A stretch of DNA of 9,261 bases from Azolla caroliniana (lineage: Eukaryota; Plantae; Polypodiophyta), in NCBI GenBank assembly GCA_043228905.1, contig JBHGNT010001377.1, forward strand, positions 1 through 9,261. Direction: 5' to 3'. Within the stretch, counting starts at the first letter, position 1. The number at the start of each line of letters is the position of its first letter. Below the pieces are notes generated by a model that saw nothing but the letters and a program-made list of their open reading frames with translations, was not told where the DNA came from and searched no databases. A program made the position numbers and the translations under genes. Shown here piece after piece: positions 1-8,045 of this stretch.

Positions 1-202
1 CAGAGAAGATAGTATTGTATTAAGATAACGCTCTATGCACTTTAATTTACACACTACCTCTTACAGAGGATTTCTACCCTTTATATACACAGGGTCTTTT
101 AGTGGTTCATGTGGGAAGCGTGAACCGTTACATGTGTTACGTTTTTACTATATTCTACATTTCTACGCTCCTGTGTGTCAGTTACTATTCCAGCGGACAA
201 CA
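1..202 (-). mobile_element. Possible LTR fragment (minus strand), running off the left edge
   Basis: The minus strand starts TGTTGTCCGCTG at 202 and contains TATATAAAGG (reverse complement of ~78-87). It is AT-rich and non-coding and lies just left of the broken protease motif. No second copy is in the window, so this is inference only. Confidence 0.3.
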
Positions 203-235
203 TGTACAACCCATTCGTGGTTCCATTGCCGGTAG

Positions 236-510
236 CCAAATCTTGTTTCATGGATGGAAATTTGTCCCAAGCTTCTCAGATATCCTTAGGAAAACTTCCT
301 TGCCCCACATCTGTAGTAGTCATTCATGGTCGTCCCATTGCTTCCGGGAATATTGTAGAAGAGTCACAACCCATTTAGGTTGTTCCAGGTAGTTTTGTGT
401 GTGTAGTATCATTTAATATAATTAGTAGTCTAGAGCATCCCATTGTCATGGGATTACCTTGGTTTGAATTACATAATCAAGACATAGATTGGAGAACAAG
501 AGAAGTCTGA
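236..510 (+). pseudogene. Retroviral-type aspartic protease remnant
   Basis: Same frame as the RT ORF: AKSCFMD...VVVIHGRPIASG...*...HPIVMGLPWFELHNQDIDW. The 'ILGxPWL..HNP.IDW'-type C-terminal motif is present; the catalytic DSG expected just before SCFMD is absent. Confidence 0.8.
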
Positions 511-591
511 TATCGACAACCCGAAGAATCTACTCATCGAGTTTCGACCATTTCACTCCATCAATTACGCGAAGAAGGACATAAGGAGAAA

Positions 592-1600
592 ATGTTCCTA
601 TTTGCAATATCAGTACATCCTTCCAACAATATTAAGAAGGAATCCTTAGTGCAACTTCCGGAGAAATATCATCCTTATGCCGATGTATTTGACAAGGTAA
701 AAGCTAGTACTCTTCGTCATCATCGTCCCTACGATTGTCCCATTGATTTACAACCAGGAATAGAGCCACCATGGGGACCAATTTACAACTTGTCACCAAA
801 TGAGTTAGAAGTCCTTCGAGCCTACATAGAGGAGAACTTAGCAAGCAGGTTTATTCGTCATTCGAAATCTCTGGCCAGTGCACCAATCTTCTTTGTCAAG
901 AAGAAAGATGGATCTCTTCGTCTCATCGTTGATTACCGCGGCTTGAATAAGGTCACCATCCGGAATAGGTATGCATTTCCTCTTATATCAAGTCTTTTAG
1001 AGCGAGTAAATGGTGCCAAGTTTTTTACAAAAATCGATCTACGAGGAGCATATAACCTCATGCGGATGCGATCGGGAGACGAATGGAAGACCGCCTTTCG
1101 CACGCGGTATGGGTTTTTCGAGTATACTGTTATGCCGTTCGGTCTAACCAATGCACCCACAGTCTTCCAACACATGGAAAATGATATATTTAGAGACCTC
1201 TTGGATATCTGTTTGATCATCTATCTGGATGATCTATTGATTTATTCGAAGACCCAGGAAGAGCACGATTCTCATGTACTATTAGTACTAAAATGACTCT
1301 GTGAGAATGGTCTTTATGCCAAGCTAGAAAAATGTAGCTTTGACTGCAAGGAAGTGGAATTTCTAGGCTACGTCATCTCCTCAAAGGGCATCTCCATGGA
1401 TCCAGCTAAAGTCAAAACCGTGCTAGAGTGGCAAACTCCACGTTCGTTACGAGATGTACAATGTTTCCTAGGTTTTGCTAACTTTACCGCAAGTTTATAC
1501 AAGATTACTCGAAGATTATTTTACCTCTCACACAACTTATGAAGAAGGGACATGCATTTCTTTGGTCCATTGAAGCGGACATGGCTTTTTGGCATCTTAA
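592..1600 (+). pseudogene. Reverse transcriptase (Ty3/Gypsy), disrupted
   Basis: APIFFVKKKDGSLRLIVDYRGLN, KIDLRGAYN, DEWKTAFRT, VMPFGLTNAP, YLDD (1222-1233). Reads through TGA 1294 into LYAKLEKCSF..EFLGY..VQCFLGFANF, then a 1-nt deletion near 1485 before YRKFIQDYSKI. Confidence 0.95.
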
Positions 1601-2022
1601 GAAAGCCTTTACATCAGCTCCTATTCTAGCTGATGTGGATACAACCAAACCATTTATCATGGAGGCCGACGCATCAGATTTTGCCCTCAATAGCATCCTT
1701 TCTCAACAAGGAGGCAAAGAAGAGTTACATCTTGTCACTTTCCATTCGCGCAAATTTGATGCCGCGGAAATCAACTACGAGATACATGACAAGGAATTAT
1801 TAGCCATCGTGGATTCATTTGTGCAATGGCGGCACTTCTTAGAGGGCTCTCCACATTAGGTCATTGTCTTCAGTGATCACAAAATTCTTGCTTAGTTCCA
1901 GAACGCTCGTGTACTAAATCGACAGCAAGCTCAGTGGGCCCAATTCCTCGTGCGTTTTGACTTCAAAATCACATATCAATTGGGAAAGCAGCAAGGAGAA
2001 GTAGATGCACTATCGCGGCGTT
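1601..2022 (+). pseudogene. RNase H (Ty3/Gypsy), disrupted
   Basis: PFIMEADASDFA (D at 1668), FHSRKF, NYEIHDKELLAIV, WRHFLEG, *VIVFSDHK, RFDFKITY, DALSRR; stops at 1857 and 1893. Confidence 0.93.
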
Positions 2023-2241
2023 CATATCTTGCACCGTGTTCTGGTGATCCAGTGTTTGATAATCAAAAGCAGGTAATCTTGGGACCAACACGTTTGCACA
2101 CAACGCAGATTTTTCACTCCACTAGATTCCCGGATTATCAATGTTGTACGTGCTAACTTGAAGACGGACAGTTTTGCTCAAGCCATTCTAGCGCACATTG
2201 ATACCTCTCGGGCATCTTGCTCCTAGTCTCAACAACCAAGT

Positions 2242-2856
2242 ATGGACTACCGAAAATTCGAATATCATGATGGTTTATTGTTCTTTAAAAAGCTCGTATA
2301 TGTTCCCGATTGCTCCTGTCGCCTCCAAATCGTCCAAAATTGTCACGACAACCATACAACGAGACATTTTGGTAGTACTAAGATGTTGGATCTAGTTCAA
2401 CGATTTTTTTGGTGGCCCCATATGCGACGTTTTGTCGACGACTACGTTCAGACCTATGATGCTTGCTACCGAGCAAAGATGCCACGACATCATTCATATG
2501 GCTTGTTGGAACCCTTACCGATTCCAAGTAAGCCGTGGCGGTCTATTTCTCTTTATTTTGTCACAGATCTACCGGTCTCAAAGCGTTTTGATGCTATCTT
2601 AACTGTCGTTGATCGATTAACTAAGATGGCACATTGTGTGTCGTGTACTAAGGCCATCACTAGTGAGGAAACTGCTGCCCTTGTCATGCGTGAGGTATTT
2701 CGACATCATGGCCTCCCAGACAGTATCACCAGTGATCGAGGACCTCAATTCATCTCCAAATTTTGGAAGCATCTCTTCAAGATGCTCAACGTATCTTGCA
2801 ACCTCTCCTCCAGCTACCATCCCCAGACCAATGGGCAGGCGGAACGAACAAATCAA
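2242..2856 (+). pseudogene. Integrase (zinc-binding domain plus rve core), 3'-truncated
   Basis: HDNHTTRHFG...TYDAC (HHCC with first C to Y), GLLEPLPIPSKPWRSISLYFV (first catalytic D to Y), VVDRLTKMAH, SITSDRG, YHPQTNGQAERTNQ. Homology stops abruptly after ERTNQ. Confidence 0.93.
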
Positions 2857-2895
2857 CACCGAAGGACCCAACACCGAAAGACCCAACACAGACCC
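2855..2895 (+). repeat. 15-bp tandem repeat at the integrase/copy A junction
   Basis: AACACCGAAGGACCC (2855-2869), AACACCGAAAGACCC (2870-2884), then a partial AACACAGACCC. Confidence 0.8.
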
Positions 2896-4215
2896 CTACA
2901 ACACAACAATCGACCTTGGGACCACAATAACCGACACCCACTGCAACACAAAAACACGTTTCCACACAACAGTGGAATGTGTGACTCAAAGGATACGAAG
3001 GATTAAACAAAAGGCACAACGTTTTCCACAACTAGAAAAGGGCGCACCGGTAGTAAAGCGTCAGACGATAGACGACCAACATCAATAAACAAGGAATGAA
3101 ATTTGTATCAACCCAGATGACACAAGTCGGGTTGGCAAAGGAAAATCATCAGTCATGACTCCTCGAGAAGTATTAGGGCCGAAAATTACAAGAAGCCGAA
3201 ACAGAAGCCCATAATGCAACAATCAGAGCAGAACAAGCTGAAAGTGGGGTCAAGAAGCTGGAAGAACGTATTATATTAGCTAAGACCAAAATTAGCAAAT
3301 GGTTGGATGCAAAGGATGACACGATCCAACATCTTAAAAGACAATTGGCATAGCAACATGTTGAAGCAAGACAACAGTTTGAACAAACACAAGACTTAGA
3401 GGAGTATATTTGCATTTAGGAGGACTATTTTAAGGAACAAATGGTTGAGCTGAACTCCAAAAAGTTGTTATATAAGAAGAGCATGACGAAGAAAAGCGGC
3501 GATTGCAATTGGTGAATACCGATTTAAAAACAAATTGCGCCAAAGTGGGTTCAAGTATGAAAAGAAAAGATTGGAGCTTTTAGTAGCTAAAGCAGAATTA
3601 ATGCAAGTAGAAGGTTCGATTAATGCACAAATAGCACAATTAAGGATGGAATTAGCAGTGGCACAATACCAGGTAAGTATGGGCGAGGAAAAAGTTTGAT
3701 CAATAATAAAAGCGCATAAATTAAAAACATTACAACTGGTAGCCGATTCCCTTGATAAAGGATGGAAGACCTGGTCGGCATAGGCAACCGAATTACAACT
3801 ATTGCGTGCGGTCCGAGAATACCGTAAAGCGCAAGGCTAGGGTTTCTTTAAGATGACGGAAGCAGCAATATCTATACTGCAGGAAGACCTCGCTTGGGAC
3901 TTGTATGACCTGGCTGCTAGTGATCGTGAGGAAATAATTCAGCTCATGCAGGAATTAAATGCGCATGACATCGACACCTCTGCTAAGCTGGACAACTTGG
4001 AACGAAACCGACAGAAACAAAAAATAGAGTTTGGACCCCCAGCCTCCTCACAACCCTCGCTCAACCTAGAAAATGTTGACGAAGAGGAGGATGGCGCCCA
4101 CAAGACCGACACCGAACAAGGACAAGAAGAACAACCATCATTGTACGACATACTACAAGATGACACTAAGGAGGACGACAATGAGGATGACCTTGACCCC
4201 GAAGAGCAGGATTAG
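2855..4215 (+). pseudogene. Decayed coiled-coil ORF with acidic C-terminus, copy A; product unknown
   Basis: Fragments NTEGPNTERPNTDP...KGKSSVMTP / LQEAETEAHNATIRAEQAES... / MTEAAISILQEDLA...DDNEDDLDPEEQD* match the minus-copy peptides. Stops at 3086, 3349, 3417, 3698, 3781 and 3838; small frameshifts near 3450 and 3549. Confidence 0.7.
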
Positions 4216-4451
4216 GATAGTATCATGGGTTCGACCGGGCAAGGCCTTGGCCCACCAACGTGTCAAGTGTTAGTCGGTTAGGTTAGGCGTCGGTCGACAG
4301 TGTTGGGGAAATACAGAGTCGAAGTCGGATCGGAAAAGGAGGATCGATGACTCAACATTTTTGCCGACATAATAATTATAAATATTAGAATTAGTTAGAA
4401 GTTTTGTTAGTTCTTGCTAGCAAGGCAATATGTACTTCCTGATGTATAAGT

Positions 4452-6399
4452 CTCTCAAGTTACCTAACACTGTCGACCCCGACGCTTTCATACTTGTCTC
4501 ACGCTTGTGCTAACCAACTAACACTTGGCAGGCCCGTGGGCCAGGGCCTTACGCGGTCGAATCCATGGTACTGTCCTAATCCCGCTCTTCTAGGTTGACT
4601 TCGTCCTCATTGTCGTCTGCCTCAGTGTCGTCTTGTAACATGTTGAACAATGATGGCTCTTCATCTTGTCCTTGTTTGGTTCCAATTTAGTGAGAGCTAT
4701 CCTCTTCTTCGCTAGGATTTCCTGGGTTGAGTGGGGGTTGTGAGGAGGTTAGGGGACCAAGCTGAGCTCTCTGTTTCCATCGTTCGTAGTTGTCCAACTT
4801 AGCAGAGGTGTTGACGTCATGCGCATCAAATTTGTGCATGAGCCGAGTGATTTCTTCACTAGCAGCTAGCTCATAGAAGTCCCGAGCTAGGTCTCCCTGC
4901 ACTGTAGATATCGCTTCTTCCGCCATCTTAAAGAAACCCTAGCCTTGTTCTTTACAATTTTCTCTGTCCACACGCAATAGCTATAATTTGGCTGCCTGTA
5001 CTGACCTGGTCTTCCAGCCTTTATCATGGGAGTCGGCTACCAGTTGTAATGTTTTTAATTTAGGGGCTTTTACTATTGGTTGAACTTTTTCCTTGCCTAT
5101 ACTTACGTGGTATTGTGCCACTACTAATCCCTTCCTTAGTTCTACTATTTGTGCGTTGGTCGAACCTTCTGCTTGCATTAATTTTGCTTCAACTACTAAC
5201 AACTCCAGTCTTTTCTTTTCATACTTTACCTCCATTTCAGTGCAATTTGTTTGTAAATTGATATTCGCCGATTCCAATTGTTGCTTTTCTTCATCATGCT
5301 CGGTTTGCATAACAAATTTCTGGAGTTCGGCCTTAGCCATTTGTTCCACAAAATAGTCCTCATGAATGCAAATATACTCCTTTAACTCTTGTGTTTGTTC
5401 AAGTTGTTGTCTCACTTCATCCTACTGTTGTGCCAATTGTCTTTTAAGCTGTTGGATCGCGTCATCATTTGCATCCAACCATTTGCTGATTTCGGTCTTA
5501 GCTAATATAATACACTCTTCCAGTTTCTTGACCCTACTTTGGGCTTGTTCTGCTATGATTGTTGCATTATGGGCTTTTGTTTCGGCTTCTTGTAATTGTT
5601 TATCAAACTCCAAAGATTTGTTAGACAATTGGCTTGTTTGTAACTGAGCCTCGGCTTCTTTCAATATTTCTTCCGTCTGTTGGAGTTTTTTCGACAATTC
5701 GTCTTTTTCAACATGTGCTTTTGAACATTGTTCTTGTAATCGATCTAGTGTTGCCGTTGCTCTCTTGTAGGATTTAGCCGTGTCCTTGGTTGCTCTGCTT
5801 GCCTTGTCATATTCTCTATGCACTTCTATGAGTGCTTCATGTAAAGGAGTCACCTGTATTGCCTCTCCCCTGTTTTTGGCATTACGTTGTCGGCCGATTC
5901 TATCAATTTTTTGTTGTTCATACGGCTTGACAACACCAATTAAAGACTTTTGAATCATGATACGATCTTTGTGCTTGTATGCCAATCGTTCCAATACTTC
6001 CTACAGTCGATGTGCTAACCATTCTACCAATTCATAGGAAGTTTCGAACTGCAAAATGGACTCCAGTTCATGTGCTGCCGGAGGAAATTTTTCTAAGCCT
6101 AATGCTTCCGGAGGAGTCAAGACTGATGATTTCCCTTTCTCAACCCGACTTGTGTCATTTGGGTTGACACGGTTTTCATTCCTTGTTTTTTGATGCTGGT
6201 TGTCCATCCTCTAATGCTTTTTTGCCTGTGCGTCCTTATCCAGTTGCCAAAAACGTTGTGCCTTCTATTTCATCCGCCACACCAATTGAGTCGTACTTCC
6301 CACTTTTGGTGTCGGAACTTGTTCTTGTGTTGTGGTGGGTGTCGGCTGTTGTGGTCCCAAGGTCGATTATTGTGTTTCTAAGGTTGGTGTCGGGTCCTA
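4452..6399 (-). mobile_element. Copy B of the same unidentified element (right arm of the inverted pair), more complete
   Basis: The reverse complement starts TAGGACCCGACACC, like AAGGACCCAACACC in copy A. Homology extends past the ORF stop to GGTCGACAGTGTT(A/G)GG..AGAG. Confidence 0.8.
4576..6399 (-). pseudogene. Decayed ~600-codon coiled-coil ORF with acidic C-terminus, copy B; product unknown
   Basis: Track ORFs 6001-6207, 5422-5994, 4981-5415 and 4687-4926 share one frame. They are separated by stops at 6001, 5422, 4981, 4939 and 4687, and the frame ends DDNEDEVNLEERD* at 4576 (544 codons from 6207). Homology with copy A extends it to ~6399 across two more stops and one frameshift. The E/K/Q/L/A-rich middle suggests coiled coil. 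Confidence 0.8.
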
Positions 6400-6438
6400 C
6401 GTGAAGAGAATCAGATCGTTATACCGCAAGGACGAGTA

Positions 6439-6991
6439 TGTTGAAATACGCAATACAGAACACGATGCACATAGATTTAATGTGGAAACCCTAAAACGGG
6501 AGAAAAACCACAGGTGAACAAAGCTTCACTATATAGTGGATGTACAATAGAAGAGATTACAACACTCCTATCGAGTGTATCAGCCACACAGGGCTCTTGG
6601 CATCTACTGTTACACACGCTCACAGCTATGGCACAACTCTCTCTCACTCTTCACACTCTCTGTAGCAAACACACAACTACTACCCAACTTACTTTTTGTT
6701 CTACACTCTTCATCATCTCTGTTTGCCCTAGGCGTATTTATACTAATACATCATATGGACTATTTACGAGTGTAGCCCCTACTACACATCACTACTATTG
6801 TTGTAACAATAATAATAATAATACTAATACTAATACTAATACTAATACTAATACTAATAACAATAACAATAACAATAACAATAACAATAACAATAATAAT
6901 AATAATAGTCAATAGTTAATTAGTCGACTCTTCGACTGTCGACTACTTCTGGACAATCGGCTCCTCCCGGTGGAGGGACATATTCCCAACA
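6439..6991 (-). repeat. Copia 3' LTR (~553 bp)
   Basis: Bounded by TGTTG (6439) and CAACA (6991), adjacent to the PPT. TATAAATA on the minus strand near 6735-6742. The GATTTAATGTGGAAACCC...AAAAACCAC segment resembles plant copia LTR ends read in reverse. The 6991 end is firm; the 6439 end is inferred. Confidence 0.8.
6805..6906. repeat. Compound microsatellite AAC(AAT)4(AATACT)6(AATAAC)6(AAT)5
   Basis: Read directly from the sequence; it agrees with the N/T run in track ORF 6514-6915. Confidence 0.97.
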
Positions 6992-7008
6992 AACTCCCCC
7001 TTCACTCC
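6992..7008 (-). promoter_or_regulatory. Polypurine tract of the Copia element
   Basis: The minus strand reads GGAGTGAAGGGGGAGTT immediately before the LTR start TGTTGGG. Confidence 0.9.
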
Positions 7009-7553
7009 TATGGGAGGGAGTTAGTTAGTCTTGTTTTCTCTCGACAGACTCTAGGTCTGTCCATAGGTAGGTTCTTCGTGAGCATGTCGGATCCATTATC
7101 ATTAGTATGGATCTTCACAAGGATAAACTCTCCTTCATCTACCTTCTTCAGCAACCAATGGTACCTCCTCTGTATATGCTTGGTCCGGGAGTGGTATGTA
7201 CCATTCTTGGCTAGATGTATGGCACTTTGGCTGTCCCAATGAAGCAAGAACTCCATTTTCTTTCTCCCTAACTCATTGAGAAAATTTCTCATCCAGATCA
7301 GCTCTTTGTCAGCCTCTACCGCTCTCATGTACTCAGCCTCTCTGGTCGACAAAGCCACAGACTTTTGTAGTCATGACTGCGACGACACTGCTCCCCCTGC
7401 ATAGGTCATCACGTACTCTGATGTGGATCAGCTTGAGTCTACATCCCCTCACATGTCTGAGTCGGTAAAACCTTCCAGCATAGGTTTTCCGACACTATAC
7501 CTAAGGTACACCCTCGAGGTGCATTTCAAGTACCTGAGTATCCACTTCACCGC
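7008..7553 (-). pseudogene. Copia RT C-terminus and RNase H, disrupted and 5'-truncated
   Basis: AVKWILRYLK...LEGFTDSDM*GDVDSS*STSEYV...GGAVSSQS*LQKSVALSTREAEY...DSQSAIHLAKN..YHSRTKHI..RYHW..SDMLTK. In-frame TGA at 7449, 7428 and 7371. Confidence 0.95.
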
Positions 7554-7666
7554 TATCATAAAGATCCATCACTAGGTGTGGATTGTGAGGTGGAACCTCC
7601 GGGGTCCTGGACAGGAAGGATTCGAAGTATACACTAGCTTTAGTGAGAAAGTATTAAAGATAGATT

Positions 7667-7690
7667 GAAAGAGAGAGGGAGAGAGAGAGA
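7667..7690. repeat. Imperfect (GA)n tract
   Basis: GAAAGAGAGAGGGAGAGAGAGAGA. Confidence 0.8.
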
Positions 7691-7830
7691 TTAAGATAAA
7701 GATTAAACGCTTGACTTTAGATTTGAGAGAGAAGATATATCAACTATAGGATTACAAGTTTTCTTATTTTTCCCCAATTTTACATTAGTTTTCCCTTGCT
7801 TGATTCCTCCACTCTTTTATAGATGCCCCC

Positions 7831-7893
7831 ATGCATATGGTGCATGTGAGGGTGCAAGACATGCACCGAATGCATAAAATGCACGCAATGCAT
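7831..7893. repeat. Degenerate 9-bp-period array with a TGCA core
   Basis: TGCA starts at 7832, 7841, 7853, 7862, 7871, 7880 and 7889 (spacings 9, 12, 9, 9, 9, 9). Confidence 0.8.
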
Positions 7894-7973
7894 GCTTGCC
7901 ATGTCATAATCTAAGTCTCATGTATGAGAATTTACGTGTAAAAGTATAGTGATAAAAATATAACCCTTAAAGA

Positions 7974-8045
7974 AATGATTTGGCTTAATGGTAAGCCTAT
8001 AGACTCTCAACTTGGAGGTGCAAGGTTCAAATTCTTATTTGCACC
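7974..8045 (+). other. tRNA-derived sequence (SINE head or tRNA pseudogene) with Pol III A and B boxes
   Basis: A box TGGCTTAATGG at 7981-7991 and B box GGTTCAAATTC at 8024-8034, at tRNA-like spacing. D-like stem GGCTT/AAGCC and T-like arm AAGG-TTCAAAT-TCTT. No convincing anticodon or acceptor stem. Confidence 0.65.

Larger units (their letters stand above)
236..2856 (+). mobile_element. Degenerate Ty3/Gypsy LTR-retrotransposon pol (chromovirus/Tf2/Tcn1-like by motif style), truncated at both ends
   Basis: Domain order PR-RT-RH-INT is diagnostic of Ty3/Gypsy. In-frame stops at 376, 508, 1294, 1857, 1893 and 2224; frameshifts near 1485 and ~2110. The clade call rests on remembered motif style (HRPYDCPIDL, PIYNLS, NYEIHDKELLAIV), not on a tree. 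Confidence 0.95.
2855..4318 (+). mobile_element. Copy A of an unidentified repeat element (left arm of the inverted pair), with a ~490-bp internal deletion
   Basis: Aligns by eye to the reverse complement of ~4452-6399, e.g. AATCGACCTTGGGACCACAA, TGACACAAGTCGGGTTG and GTATTATATTAGCTAAGACC. Hand count is 13 mismatches in 161 nt over 3188-3348; identity is visibly lower elsewhere. Mobile origin is inferred from the duplication and context. Confidence 0.8.
6439..7553 (-). mobile_element. 3' end of a Ty1/Copia LTR retrotransposon (RT end, RNase H, PPT, 3' LTR)
   Basis: RNase H is the last pol domain and is followed directly by a PPT and an LTR, which is Copia organisation. Confidence 0.93.
7554..7908 (-). 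mobile_element. LTR-like segment that interrupts the Copia RT
   Basis: Copia coding ends sharply at TATCATAAAG (possibly a mutated TGTCATA terminus). On the minus strand the order is TGCA array, TATAAAA (7815-7821), then a (CT)n-rich tract, which fits a U3-R layout. The right boundary is uncertain. Confidence 0.5.

Noticed and set aside
933-1696. Minus-strand ORFs 933-1220 and 1505-1696
   Set aside because: They are antisense shadows of the RT and RNase H coding sequence.
2855-2895. CRISPR-like or other repeat-spacer array
   Set aside because: Only about 2.5 adjacent 15-bp units with no spacers, no cas genes, and a eukaryotic TE context.
2242-3006. 254-aa ORF as an integrase with a novel His/Gln/Arg-rich C-terminal domain
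   Set aside because: The tail after ERTNQ is out-of-frame read-through into copy A, whose real frame is the one in track ORF 2636-3088.
5076-5647. Plus-strand Ser/Cys-rich ORFs here, and minus-strand ORFs at 3173-3415 and 3939-4181
   Set aside because: They are antisense shadows of the E/K/Q-rich coiled-coil frame.
2855-6399. Inverted arms as TIRs of a DNA transposon (Mutator/Foldback) or a DIRS element
   Set aside because: The arms are coding, substantially diverged and enclose only ~130 bp. I found no TSD, transposase or tyrosine recombinase motif.
4576-6399. Calling the ORF env, gag, SMC or myosin
   Set aside because: No transmembrane segment, zinc knuckle or Walker motif is visible; coiled-coil composition alone is not diagnostic.
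6514-6915. 133-aa ORF with a poly-Asn tail
   Set aside because: It is a translation of the microsatellite on the antisense strand of the Copia LTR.
7974-8045. Functional tRNA gene
   Set aside because: The acceptor and anticodon stems do not pair convincingly and no anticodon can be assigned.
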